Both the position numbers and the translations under genes were made by a program. DNA of 64,000 nt from an uncultured Desulfobacter sp. (GTDB lineage Bacteria; Desulfobacterota; Desulfobacteria; Desulfobacterales; Desulfobacteraceae): assembly GCA_963665095.1 (NCBI GenBank), contig OY762069.1:2720001-2784000 (forward strand). The letters run 5' to 3'. Under the pieces are notes generated by a model. That model ran no database searches and was not told where the DNA came from. It saw nothing but the letters and a program-made list of their open reading frames with translations. Of the stretch, positions 10,220 through 20,223 are shown piece after piece. Positions within the stretch are counted from its first letter, which is position 1, and each line of letters starts with the position of its first letter.

Positions 10220-12217
10220 ATGAAACTAGTACACTACTTAAAATTATCCTTCCCTGCTGTAAGTATTATACTAAGTTTTTGTATCATCCTGCTGGTCGCA
10301 CAAAACCTTTCGGCCATGGAAAAAGAAATCTATAAAATAGGGATCCCGACAGACAAAGCGCCCTACTCCTTTACCGCCTGGTCCAAAAGCGGAATAAAGC
10401 TTCGGGGGGCCTATATTGATGTCATGACCCAGATTGCCCATCACATGGGTGTAGAATTCCAGTATGTGAAATCCGGCAATCCAACAATGATGATACAGCT
10501 TTTCAATGAAAAGAAGATCGATATCATAGGCATGACCCTGGAACAGGTCTTTCCTTATCATATTAAAAATTTAACTACGATCCCGGTAGGCCTTAACATG
10601 ACCTCCTGGATCTTTGTCAACCATTGTTGTAAAACCATTGTCTGCCAGAAAGACCTGCCCGGCAAACGGGTTTCCATCATCGGCTTTGAGGCGCTTGGGT
10701 TATGGCCCTATGACATGTTAGACGTGTCTGACATTTTCCCGGTCCAGACACCTCTGGAAGGGCTGACCCTGTTAAACGAGGGGCGGATACACGCCTTTAT
10801 TGCACCGTCAGAAGAGATTGCCAGCTACATTATTCACAAACATGGTTTTGAAAACGTGCGCAGGGTCGGCCTTGCCCTGAGAAAAATACCACTGGCCCTT
10901 TCCCTGGACAGAGAAGATACCCGGTTAACAGGCCGGCTGCTTGAAGCCATAGGGAAAACCATGTCATCAGGTATTATCCGCCAGATCGAAGAAAAATGGT
11001 ATGGGGTTGAGTTTAAACGCTCCTTTTTTGAAAAATACAGCCGTCTTGTTTTTTCTGTCATTGGGTTTACGGTGCTGGTTCTGGGCCTTGTTGTTATCTG
11101 GAACAATGAGTTGAAAAGGCAGGTAAAAAAAATCACGGCCCAGTATCGAACATCGGAAAACAGGTCCCGAAACCTGATCGAATCATCACCGGATATGATA
11201 TTTGTTGTGGACCGGGCAGCCAGAATCTATAATATGAACAGGGAGGCACAGGCTTTGATGCCAAAAGGGCTTGCCAAAGGGTTTCTTCCCCGCCTGACGG
11301 ATATGGTTCCCCCTGCAGACAAAAAATCAATTTCACTCTTCCTGGAAACCGTATTCTCCACAAACCGGGCAACCAAAGAGCTCCGGTTCAAAAGGCCCGA
11401 TTCAGGGTACAGGGAGATTGATGTTGCCGCCACCCTGCTTCCCTCGGAGCCCGGTGAAGAACCAAGAGCCTGTTTGTTTGCCAGAGATGTCACCCGGAAA
11501 AACCGGATTGAACGGGACCTGGTTCAAGCCGACCGCATGGCCCTGATCGGGCAGATGGCTGCGGATATTGCCCATGAGATTAACAATCCGATCGGTATCG
11601 TCAGAGCAAACATTGATGTGATCCTCGCCCGGGGCTGGTATACACCGGAAGCAAAGGAGTTTTTAGAGTCCTGCAAACGAAATACCGACCGCGCCGGTAA
11701 ATTTACAAAGGATCTTCTGGCAATGGCCAGGCCAAAGGATCCGGAGATGGCGGAACTGAACCTGTGGGAACTGGTCAACGCCACCATTGAAATCATGGGT
11801 GCCCAGTTAAAAAATGTCACCATCCAGAAGCAGACCAGGGGAGGTCCTGCACAAATTATCGGTGACCGCAACCTGTTACAGCAGGTTCTGGTCAACCTTC
11901 TTTTAAATGCCGCCGCCGCCACCAAAAAAGTAGCCGTCCCTGAAATAAAAATTACCAGCTGCGTCCCCAGCGGGCTTGACATGGTTTGTCTCAGAATTGA
12001 AGATAATGGAATCGGCATCCCCAAACAGCATTTAACAGAAATTTTTGAGCCTTTTTTCACACAGGGCAAAAAAGAGGGCTTCGGCCTTGGCCTTTTTATT
12101 TCCAAAAGAATTATAGAAAACCACAACGGCATGATTTACGCTGAGTCCGAGGTGGGTGTCGGCACCCAGATGGTCATCGAACTACCTTTGATTATAACAG
12201 ATCCTTTCACTTCCTGA
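10220..12217 (+). CDS. Sensor histidine kinase with periplasmic solute-binding domain and PAS domain
   Basis: Signal/TM, SBP_bac_3-like region ending IEEKWYG, TM, PAS (ESSPDMIFVVD), H-box IAHEINNP, N/G boxes DNGIGI and GFGLGL. Confidence 0.92.
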   Translation: MKLVHYLKLSFPAVSIILSFCIILLVAQNLSAMEKEIYKIGIPTDKAPYSFTAWSKSGIKLRGAYIDVMTQIAHHMGVEFQYVKSGNPTMMIQLFNEKKIDIIGMTLEQVFPYHIKNLTTIPVGLNMTSWIFVNHCCKTIVCQKDLPGKRVSIIGFEALGLWPYDMLDVSDIFPVQTPLEGLTLLNEGRIHAFIAPSEEIASYIIHKHGFENVRRVGLALRKIPLALSLDREDTRLTGRLLEAIGKTMSSGIIRQIEEKWYGVEFKRSFFEKYSRLVFSVIGFTVLVLGLVVIWNNELKRQVKKITAQYRTSENRSRNLIESSPDMIFVVDRAARIYNMNREAQALMPKGLAKGFLPRLTDMVPPADKKSISLFLETVFSTNRATKELRFKRPDSGYREIDVAATLLPSEPGEEPRACLFARDVTRKNRIERDLVQADRMALIGQMAADIAHEINNPIGIVRANIDVILARGWYTPEAKEFLESCKRNTDRAGKFTKDLLAMARPKDPEMAELNLWELVNATIEIMGAQLKNVTIQKQTRGGPAQIIGDRNLLQQVLVNLLLNAAAATKKVAVPEIKITSCVPSGLDMVCLRIEDNGIGIPKQHLTEIFEPFFTQGKKEGFGLGLFISKRIIENHNGMIYAESEVGVGTQMVIELPLIITDPFTS

Positions 12218-12300
12218 ATCAAATCCAAACCTGAACCTTTTTCCGGAAAACGGTTCCTGCCCCCCCCCTGAACCACACTTCTTCCCCATGGTGTTTCCCC

Positions 12301-12350
12301 TGTGCTTTAAGGAGCACACCATTGCCTGAATGTGTGCATCTGACCGCACA
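12301..12350. promoter_or_regulatory. Tandem palindromic enhancer-like sites TGTGC-N8-GCACA (12301-12318, 12333-12350)
   Basis: Two perfect copies 32 bp apart, about 100 bp upstream of a sigma54-like promoter; degenerate copies at 10075, 24007, 24135 and 24166. Confidence 0.65.
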
Positions 12351-12424
12351 GACCGTATTGTATGTCATCCTTTACAGCCCGTTTTCCCCATTACTTTAAG
12401 GGAGTTAGATTTTAAAATATCACG

Positions 12425-12440
12425 TGGTACGATTTTTGTA
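12425..12440 (+). promoter_or_regulatory. Putative sigma54 (-24/-12) promoter
   Basis: TGGTACGATTTTTGTA versus consensus TGGCACGNNNNTTGCW; GG-N10 spacing kept, -12 is GT rather than GC. Confidence 0.55.
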
Positions 12441-12533
12441 ATCGTATGTTCCATGCGTTTATGAGCGTGAACACAGAAGTGAACGTTGACACAGAACCGG
12501 CGAACAAAACGAGTTTAATGAGGTAAAAAATTA

Positions 12534-15467
12534 ATGAATCTGAAGTGTAAAACCCAAACAATGAAAAACGCTCAATTGTTGTTCATATTTTTGCTGGTCT
12601 TTTTTCTGGGCTGGGCCGAACCAGGTATAGCGTCGGCGCCAAAAGATCCCCACGGACTGCAGCCGGCAGACGACATGGTGTTCCTTCCCAAACTTGCCGG
12701 CCTGCGGAACAAGACCTACAAGAACCAGTCCGGCAAGAAAAAGGCCCTGTCCGAAGCCCTTGTCCTTCGCCAGAGCAAAATAGAAAACAACAAGGCACAG
12801 GTATCGCCCGGAGGGCTGTTCTACATCTCGGAAACCAGCAATGATGCCCAGCCTTTTCACAGGGATCCGTTCCTTATTTTAGGAGAGCACTGTTACCTGG
12901 TGGATTTGTCCACAGATACCCATATAGTAAGGAATTTCAAGGTAAACATCGGGGACAGGGAACCGGTGAAGGATACTGGATACCGGATCTGGTACGACTA
13001 TGCCACGGATCACTATGAAAAACCATACGGCGAGTTTGCCCTGATTGCGCCTTCCGGGGGCTGGCCCCTGGAATTTCCGATATCCTCTTCTTTTCCCGGC
13101 AGGCAGGAGACCCGGGACTTGAATTCCGGTGAGGGATATGTGGACCAGCTGATCAAATTTTACCTGGATAAGGATTATTACTACGGGGCCATGCATTTTA
13201 AAGCCAGAGACATTGGTTTTGAAACAGCTGAATTTGAACGCTTTGAATTTCCCGCCATCACAAAGGCTACCTTTTCAATGCACCGCCCCATTTTCCTGGA
13301 CCTCCGCCAGGAGGATTATCGGCTCTACTTTGATAAAAGAATTTACGCATTCCGGCGGGCCGACGGATTTCTTGTCCGGGTGACCGATTTTTTCGGGAAA
13401 AAGGTATTTGCAGAAAAACTGGTCAAGCCGGTGACGGGACAAGGGTATAAGACCCTGATGTCGGAAAAGGATAAATACCATCTGACCATACCAAAGCTGG
13501 ATATCCGCATTGAAATTATGATCCAGCCGGAATTTATGAAAAATTCCGATTTCATGCCCTGGTCAACGGGAAAATCTCACGGATTCGGCAAGGGTGTACT
13601 GAACTTTGTGGTGTACCGGAAGCTGATCAAGGTTGAAAACGGACGCGCCTGGCCCCTGGATGACCGCTACAATGTGCGGCTCGAACCCAGCATGCTCACG
13701 GGAATGCTCAAACGACTGGTCATTGAAAACGCCCAGCCCGTTGTTTTTGACAATGAACATCCTACTTTTGACGGACCGGTAAAGTGGTCGGATATATACA
13801 ACAGGCCGGCATTCCAGGTCACGGCAGATAATTTCGAAGACAACCTGGTTAAAAATCTCTATGTCAGAGACTACTACATGATGCGTACGGACAACATGGT
13901 ATTCTGGGAAAAAGAGGGCCGGGAAAACATCGATTTTTTTGTGGGCTCATCACCCGTGCTGGAACCTATCCTGGAGGATACCTTTCTGACCCGCCTGGCA
14001 GACCCATCCTTTGGCGTGGTGGTGGAAAAATCCCATTTCACCTCTTATCCCAAAGCAATCAGTGATGCCTCCTTTTACGAGCCTGACCATACGGCCCCCT
14101 TTGTACCCCGCCTCAAAGGGCTGAAAAGGAAATTTGTCAGAAACAGAAAAAAGGAACGGCTGATCTCATCGGAGAGCGTGTTTATCCGGGGCAGTTACGT
14201 TGACTGGCGGAGAAATCAGATTATCATCCCGCCGGCAGGACTGTGCTACTCCACCAGAAATGCCAGAAATATCAGAACCCTGGCCGGGGAGTCCTTTTTC
14301 ATGCTGGGAAAACAGGCCTATCTGACCTCTTTCAAGTCATCCACTTTTGTTAAAAAAAATTTTGACGTGGATTTCTGGAAAAACCAGCCCATGGATGGCG
14401 GTAACCTCATGTACTGGCAGGATGAACTGTTAGGCGTCCGGAACAAGGCCCTGCGCATGACCGGTTTTCACTACCTGGATGACAGGCCGGTATCTGAGCT
14501 GAGTCTGATGAAATATTCAGGTAACCGGTGGGGGGCACATTTTCTCATGGCCCAGGGCCTGGACCCTGAAGGCGGAAACCGGTATCACCTGCCTGAAATC
14601 TTCGCTGAGGGATCCACCTGGATTATTCCGGAATATACGGGATCGAACTATATCAAAATCAAAGAGTTCGGCACGCCTTCCATCGAAGCCATCAGCTTTA
14701 CCTATACCAAACCCCGGGAAGCGGTTCTTGGCGCAGGAGATGAGGCCAGACTGGGTAAATACAGACTGGTGTGTACATTCATTGACATAGAGGCCGGCAC
14801 CATCGGCCTGGAATTAAAGGATGAGACCGGCAGTATCGTGGCATCCAAAATTCTGGGCCCCCTGGATGAGGGAGCTCTGCAACTGCTGCCCCAGCACCAG
14901 ACAGTGGCCAAGTCCATGCAGTTCATGTTTGAAGACCTGCAGGCGGAGCTGGACATTCTTACCCCCTTTAAAAAAGGAAAGGCTCAACTCTATCTTTTCA
15001 CGGATATTGAATTCCTGGAAAGAGATACCCCTTTCAATTTCGACAACCGCTTTATGGTCCGGCCGGATGTGTGCGGGCATTGCTATCAGCTCAACGAGGT
15101 TCTTTTGGATAATCCGGAACCGATTATCCTGGACATGAAAAACCCGGTTTACGATGGCCCCAGACGTGAAGACGGCACCCCGTTGTTCCGTATTGTCATT
15201 GACGATTTCGACGGTGAGATGCTCCATGCCTGGCACATGGAGACCGATGACGGGGACGGTATTGAAAAAACCGAAAACCTGGCGTTCAGGCCAAGGAACA
15301 ACCTGGATGTACTGGTGGGGGTCACCGGCACCACCGAAGGCTTTTTAAGGTTATCCATGCTGCCCCGCTTAGGATTTATCGAATCCTGGCGGACCAGTGC
15401 CAAAGCATCTGCAACCAAACTGTCCGGATCGGTTAACACCGGCGGTAGTGCCCATATCAGACGATAG
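12534..15467 (+). CDS. Large secreted hypothetical protein with two homologous halves and a CGHC motif
   Basis: 977-aa ORF, signal peptide; internal repeat (FLPKLAGL..PGGLFY vs FVPRLKGL..PAGLCY; RENIDFFVG vs RNNLDVLVG); RPDVCGHCYQ. Confidence 0.8.
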   Translation: MNLKCKTQTMKNAQLLFIFLLVFFLGWAEPGIASAPKDPHGLQPADDMVFLPKLAGLRNKTYKNQSGKKKALSEALVLRQSKIENNKAQVSPGGLFYISETSNDAQPFHRDPFLILGEHCYLVDLSTDTHIVRNFKVNIGDREPVKDTGYRIWYDYATDHYEKPYGEFALIAPSGGWPLEFPISSSFPGRQETRDLNSGEGYVDQLIKFYLDKDYYYGAMHFKARDIGFETAEFERFEFPAITKATFSMHRPIFLDLRQEDYRLYFDKRIYAFRRADGFLVRVTDFFGKKVFAEKLVKPVTGQGYKTLMSEKDKYHLTIPKLDIRIEIMIQPEFMKNSDFMPWSTGKSHGFGKGVLNFVVYRKLIKVENGRAWPLDDRYNVRLEPSMLTGMLKRLVIENAQPVVFDNEHPTFDGPVKWSDIYNRPAFQVTADNFEDNLVKNLYVRDYYMMRTDNMVFWEKEGRENIDFFVGSSPVLEPILEDTFLTRLADPSFGVVVEKSHFTSYPKAISDASFYEPDHTAPFVPRLKGLKRKFVRNRKKERLISSESVFIRGSYVDWRRNQIIIPPAGLCYSTRNARNIRTLAGESFFMLGKQAYLTSFKSSTFVKKNFDVDFWKNQPMDGGNLMYWQDELLGVRNKALRMTGFHYLDDRPVSELSLMKYSGNRWGAHFLMAQGLDPEGGNRYHLPEIFAEGSTWIIPEYTGSNYIKIKEFGTPSIEAISFTYTKPREAVLGAGDEARLGKYRLVCTFIDIEAGTIGLELKDETGSIVASKILGPLDEGALQLLPQHQTVAKSMQFMFEDLQAELDILTPFKKGKAQLYLFTDIEFLERDTPFNFDNRFMVRPDVCGHCYQLNEVLLDNPEPIILDMKNPVYDGPRREDGTPLFRIVIDDFDGEMLHAWHMETDDGDGIEKTENLAFRPRNNLDVLVGVTGTTEGFLRLSMLPRLGFIESWRTSAKASATKLSGSVNTGGSAHIRR

Positions 15468-15482
15468 AAAGGAAAATTCATT

Positions 15483-16649
15483 ATGCCAACCACTGTCTCA
15501 TCCGCTCCGGGCAGCTACAATCAGAGAAGACGATCCTTTCTGAGTTCTCTGTACACATTTAAAGAAGCACTTCCCGGTCTTCTGGCCATGCTTTTCATAG
15601 CGGTATTTGCCAACAACATGCCCGGGGTTCCCAATGCCTTTACCCTGCAGAACCTGTTCCGATGGATGGATGGCGTTGCCGGTCCTTTTAACCATCAGCC
15701 CCTGTTTCAGATCCTGAATTCAAACTTTGTCTGGAATCCCCTGCTTTTAGGGCTTATTATCGGAAACCTGTTTGGTGTGCCGGATATCTGGAAACGGGGT
15801 TTAAGCTATATCCACCTGCTCATGCCTTTGGGGATCATCATGCTGGCGCCCCATTTCATGGTTTTCCATGCCTTCAAGATCGGGGTTCTGCCCATTCTTA
15901 TCTGCACCCTGGCTCTGTTCGCCACAGCCAGTATTACCCTCTATGTAACCAAATGGATGAACCTGGATGACCGTCACGGATCCATTATCGCAGGCGGCCT
16001 TGCCACAGGGGATCCCCATGCCTGCGCCATCCTCATGCCTTTGATCAAAGCACCGGGGGCCCAGGTGGTCAATGCAGTCTTCGGGGTGATCACATGGGGG
16101 CTGATCGCCATGGTCCTGGTTCCCCTATTCGGGCAGATGATGGGTATTCCTGAGAAATATCTGGGGCTTGCTGCAGTGACGGCGGTGGGGAACGGCCACC
16201 AGGCCCTGTATGCCGGTTATGCAGCCGGGTACGAAGCCGGGCGGTATGCCTGCTGGTTTGATGTGGGGCGTCATGTCATCATGCCTTCGGGATTCATCTA
16301 TGTGTTCACGGTAATGTTTATCAGAAAACTGAAAAACAGAAATAACCCGGAAATCAGAGCCACCCGGGGCATAAAAACCTTCCCGATCTGGCTGGGTGTA
16401 TTTATTTTCTGCTGGATACTGTCTTGTCTCCATCTGTTTAAGGAACCGGCCCATCATGCCATATTCAACATGGTCAGATGGGATTTCTCCCTGGCAGCCG
16501 CGGCCTTAGGCTTAAGCCTGTCCTTTAAGGATATCGCCAGGGCCGGCATTAAAGGGTTTCTGGTAACGGCCATTTCAGGATCCATCCGGATCGTGCTGGT
16601 TCTTGGGACAATTTTAATCTGTTTTAAGGCGGGATGGTTTCCGGCCTGA
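15483..16649 (+). CDS. YeiH-like (putative sulfate exporter family) multipass membrane protein
   Basis: About 10 hydrophobic segments, LLLGLIIGN, FPIWLGVF, AAAALGLSLSFKDIARAGIKGF typical of the YeiH/UPF0324 C-terminus. Confidence 0.7.
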   Translation: MPTTVSSAPGSYNQRRRSFLSSLYTFKEALPGLLAMLFIAVFANNMPGVPNAFTLQNLFRWMDGVAGPFNHQPLFQILNSNFVWNPLLLGLIIGNLFGVPDIWKRGLSYIHLLMPLGIIMLAPHFMVFHAFKIGVLPILICTLALFATASITLYVTKWMNLDDRHGSIIAGGLATGDPHACAILMPLIKAPGAQVVNAVFGVITWGLIAMVLVPLFGQMMGIPEKYLGLAAVTAVGNGHQALYAGYAAGYEAGRYACWFDVGRHVIMPSGFIYVFTVMFIRKLKNRNNPEIRATRGIKTFPIWLGVFIFCWILSCLHLFKEPAHHAIFNMVRWDFSLAAAALGLSLSFKDIARAGIKGFLVTAISGSIRIVLVLGTILICFKAGWFPA

Positions 16650-16662
16650 GGGGCGAATCGCT

Positions 16663-16815
16663 ATGGAAAGAAATATGCACACCACAGATGAAGCAGGGTT
16701 TGACTATATGGCCAACACAGGCATGGAAGAACAGGACAGGGATACATGCGGCATGGCCATTGCGCTGATCATTATGACTGTTCTGACCATCTGCCAATAT
16801 CTGGGGCTGTACTAA
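16663..16815 (+). CDS. Small (50 aa) single-TM hypothetical protein
   Basis: Manual translation MERNMHTTDEAGFDYMANTGMEEQDRDTCGMAIALIIMTVLTICQYLGLY; operon-like spacing; below the ORF-track cut-off. Confidence 0.5.
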   Translation: MERNMHTTDEAGFDYMANTGMEEQDRDTCGMAIALIIMTVLTICQYLGLY

Positions 16816-16828
16816 CCATTAATAGATT

Positions 16829-17041
16829 TTGGAGCGTTTGTTTATGTTTTCCGCAATTATTTTTGTCTGCCTCATGCTCCTGCTTTTTCTGGCCGGCGGG
16901 GCAGCCGTTCACATGGGAGTATTTAAATCCCACAAACAGGGAAAATCCCTGGCATCAAAAACCATTACCGGGATCCTGTCCTATGGGTTTTCCGCTGTGT
17001 TCTGGTTTTTCAGTTATACCCATTTTTATCTGGGCTGGTAG
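16829..17041 (+). CDS. Small two-TM hypothetical membrane protein
   Basis: 70-aa ORF with two hydrophobic stretches, co-oriented within the cluster. Confidence 0.55.
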   Translation: MERLFMFSAIIFVCLMLLLFLAGGAAVHMGVFKSHKQGKSLASKTITGILSYGFSAVFWFFSYTHFYLGW

Positions 17042-17141
17042 GGGGGCCGTGTTCAGGCCGGGCCGGCCGCGGGCACCTATTGGAACAACAGGTTACTATT
17101 TAACATCTGCCCATGGAAACCGGGCAGCAGAAAGGTGAAAA

Positions 17142-17444
17142 ATGACATTAGAAAAATGGATTGTAGCTCTTCTTGTAAGCGTATTTCTTCTTGTGAACAC
17201 AGGCTTAGGGGTTGCATCGGACGACAAGGCCGGGAAGATAAATTTGAACACGGCCACCAAGGAACAACTCATTGGTCTGGGCATGGATGAGGATACCGCC
17301 AATGCCGTACTGGAGCACAGAAAAGAAAACGGAGAATTTGTGGATATTGAGGAACTGCTCGATATAGAGGGCATTGATAATAATATGATCCGGCAGCTTA
17401 AAAAGAAAATCTATATAGAGGGTGTCAAGGGATGCAATTGTTAA
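17142..17444 (+). CDS. Secreted helix-hairpin-helix (ComEA/HHH_3-like) protein 1, C-terminal GCNC
   Basis: Signal peptide, KINLNTATKEQL, HRKENGEFVDIEELLDIEGI. Confidence 0.85.
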   Translation: MTLEKWIVALLVSVFLLVNTGLGVASDDKAGKINLNTATKEQLIGLGMDEDTANAVLEHRKENGEFVDIEELLDIEGIDNNMIRQLKKKIYIEGVKGCNC

Positions 17445-17469
17445 GCACTTTATCCGGAGAAAAACAGCT

Positions 17470-18618
17470 ATGAATACAAATAGACGATACAGATTTTATA
17501 TTGCCCTTGCGCTTCTGGCTTTCCCCCTTTGGGTGAATGCCGAAATTTTGGGGAATTACATGGGATACGAGGCCTGCATCAAATGCCATGAAGAAATTGT
17601 CCAGGGCTGGAAAACCACGCCCCATGCCAATGCGTTTGAAACGCTTAAGGAACAGGGCGAGGAGAAACAGTCCATCCCCGGGTGTTTCAAATGTCATGTG
17701 GTGGGCTTTGAAGAAGATGGCGGTTTTGTGGATATGGCACTTACCCCGGAATTAAAAGATGTCCAGTGTGAAAACTGCCATGGGCCGGCCAGAAAGCACG
17801 TTGAAAGTGAAGGGAATCCGGATCTTATCATTGGATCTCCAAACGAAGCTTCCTGCCGGATCTGCCATACCACAGGCCAGGATAAAAACTTTGACTTTAA
17901 GAAAAAAAGTCAGTGGGTCCACGCCGCAAAGGGTGCCGATGGAAAAATGGGAAAGACCCAGGCCAAGGCCGTTGAAATTCTGAATTTCAGTGAAACCCGG
18001 GTGGAATTTGGCAACATGGTTGAAGGGGACATTGTTAAAAAAAAGGTAACCGTGACCAACACGGGAAACAAGACCGTCACACTGACCAACCTGACCACGT
18101 CGTGTGCGTGCACGTCGGCTACACTGGGTAAGCGTGAACTTCAACCCAGGGAATCCACGGAGCTGGAAATTACCTACTATACCTATAAATTTCCCGGCAA
18201 ATTTGCCAAATTTATTACCGTATTTACTGACATCCCGGGCAAGGACCAGTACCGGGTGGACATCAACGGTTTTGTCAAGGCCATTCCCATGGGCGTGCTT
18301 GAGGTCCAGCCAAGAAAAATCGCCCTGGGTGAAAATCTGAAAACCGGCACGCCCCTGCCCTTTACCATATCAATCACCAATACAGGGGATGCAGAGATGA
18401 AAATTACCAAAATTGTATCCAAAAAAAGAAAAACCCTGTTTTTTGATTCTGACCGAACCGGGGAATTAATTATTAAACCGGGTGACACAGCCAATATTGA
18501 CACTGAAGTTATCTACGACAGCAAAGGACGGATGCTTGACTATATCATGATTCACTCCAATGCCCGAAACGTTACCTCACAAGGATATAAGGTAATATTG
18601 ACAGGAACGTTTGAATAA
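17470..18618 (+). CDS. Tetraheme c-type cytochrome (c554-like) fused to DUF1573/Ig-like domains
   Basis: Signal peptide; four CxxCH (CIKCH, CFKCH, CENCH, CRICH); then NTGNKTVTL..TTSCACT and a second NTGDAEMKI Ig-like domain. Confidence 0.88.
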   Translation: MNTNRRYRFYIALALLAFPLWVNAEILGNYMGYEACIKCHEEIVQGWKTTPHANAFETLKEQGEEKQSIPGCFKCHVVGFEEDGGFVDMALTPELKDVQCENCHGPARKHVESEGNPDLIIGSPNEASCRICHTTGQDKNFDFKKKSQWVHAAKGADGKMGKTQAKAVEILNFSETRVEFGNMVEGDIVKKKVTVTNTGNKTVTLTNLTTSCACTSATLGKRELQPRESTELEITYYTYKFPGKFAKFITVFTDIPGKDQYRVDINGFVKAIPMGVLEVQPRKIALGENLKTGTPLPFTISITNTGDAEMKITKIVSKKRKTLFFDSDRTGELIIKPGDTANIDTEVIYDSKGRMLDYIMIHSNARNVTSQGYKVILTGTFE

Positions 18619-18703
18619 AAGTACCACTTAACGCGTCCCCTTTGCTTTATCCGGATCCGGAAAAGCAAAGGGGATAACATGCTGAAAGGAGTTGATAAGA
18701 AAA

Positions 18704-20149
18704 ATGAAACGCAGAGAATTTATTAAAGGTATTGCCGCAACGGCTGTAACCCTGGCTGCGAGCAATCCACTTAAACTATTGGCCTTCCCCACGGTTTTTC
18801 CCCACGGAACCACCATCTACAATCCTGAAAAATGCTTTAACGGATACACCCTGTTCGGCACTGAAGTGGTTGACCAGGGCACGGTTCTCATTAACATGAA
18901 CGGAGAGGTCGTCAGGCAATGGAAAGATATCTGTCAGGCGGAACACCCGCCAAAGCTTCTCAAGGGTGGATTTATCGCCGGAACCAGAAGGCCTGAGCCC
19001 GGGAAAAAAGGCAGGATCTGGAACGACGAACATTCTACAGATCTGGTTGTGGCTGACTGGGACGGTAAAGCAGTCAGAACCATACCCAGGGCCGGGATGC
19101 ATCATGATTACCAGTTTGAAGGCAACTCCGTGGGATATCATATCCCGGGTATGCCCGTGGAAAATCACAAGGGAAAAATGCTGATCCTCTCCCACAAAAT
19201 GGTGGAGAACAAGGATATATCGGACAAGCTGCTCTATGACGACTATATCGCCGAGATAGATGCTCAGGGTAAAATCACCTGGGACTGGCTGGCCTCCGAT
19301 CATTTCCATGAAATGAATTTTCCCGAAGAATTCAAAAAAACCATGCGCGAATACCCCACCTTTTCCATGACCCGGACCCCGGGAGTCAAGGGCGGGGACT
19401 GGATTCACGTGAATTCCGCGTCCTGGCTTGGCCCCAACAAATGGTACGACGAGGACCCGGTCGCATACAAGGTTTTTCATCCGGACAATATTATCATCTC
19501 AAACCGCCAGACCAATACCTCATGCATCATCGAAAAAAGTACGGGAAAAGTGGTGTGGCAGATAGGTCCCTATTACTATCCCGATTCGGTGTGGGAATTC
19601 GGCGGAAAAGAATACAAACGGGCCTATCGGCGCCTGGAGCAGATTATCGGCCAGCACCACACCCACATGATCCCCAAAGGACTGCCCGGAGAGGGCAACA
19701 TCCTGATATACGACAATGGGGGATATGCGGGTTACGGCCCCAGAAATCCAGGTGCCCATTACGGATGGTCAGATGCCAGAAGGGATTACTCCCGGGTCAT
19801 TGAGTTTGACCCCAGAACCCTGAAAATGGTCTGGGAACATTCGGCCATGGTCATGGGCATGCGGAACAAGTACCAGTTCTATTCCGACTACGTTTCCAGT
19901 GCCCAGCGGCTGCCCAACGGCAACACCTTAATTACAAACGGTGCCGTGGGACAGCTTCAGGAGGTCACCCCGGATCATGAGATTGTCTGGGAGTACATCA
20001 GTCCCTACTATAACCAAAAAGGGAAATACAACCTGGTGTACCGGGCCTACCGGGTGCCCTATGATTATGTGCCCCAGCTCGGTGCCCAGAAACAAAAGGC
20101 CGTGGTTCCCCCGGACAATACCCGGTTCAGAATTAACCCCCAGGGATAA
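18704..20149 (+). CDS. Arylsulfate sulfotransferase (ASST)-family protein 1, Tat-exported
   Basis: MKRREFIK twin-arginine signal; HHD, DWIHVNS, ISNR, GQHH, YDNGG, SSAQRLPNGNTLI, VYRAYR. Confidence 0.88.
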   Translation: MKRREFIKGIAATAVTLAASNPLKLLAFPTVFPHGTTIYNPEKCFNGYTLFGTEVVDQGTVLINMNGEVVRQWKDICQAEHPPKLLKGGFIAGTRRPEPGKKGRIWNDEHSTDLVVADWDGKAVRTIPRAGMHHDYQFEGNSVGYHIPGMPVENHKGKMLILSHKMVENKDISDKLLYDDYIAEIDAQGKITWDWLASDHFHEMNFPEEFKKTMREYPTFSMTRTPGVKGGDWIHVNSASWLGPNKWYDEDPVAYKVFHPDNIIISNRQTNTSCIIEKSTGKVVWQIGPYYYPDSVWEFGGKEYKRAYRRLEQIIGQHHTHMIPKGLPGEGNILIYDNGGYAGYGPRNPGAHYGWSDARRDYSRVIEFDPRTLKMVWEHSAMVMGMRNKYQFYSDYVSSAQRLPNGNTLITNGAVGQLQEVTPDHEIVWEYISPYYNQKGKYNLVYRAYRVPYDYVPQLGAQKQKAVVPPDNTRFRINPQG

Positions 20150-20223
20150 TTTCCCCCAGGAATCAATTGTGAGGCAAAGACCCTGGAATAAAAGAAAACG
20201 ATAGTTTAAATCAGGAGGGCAAC

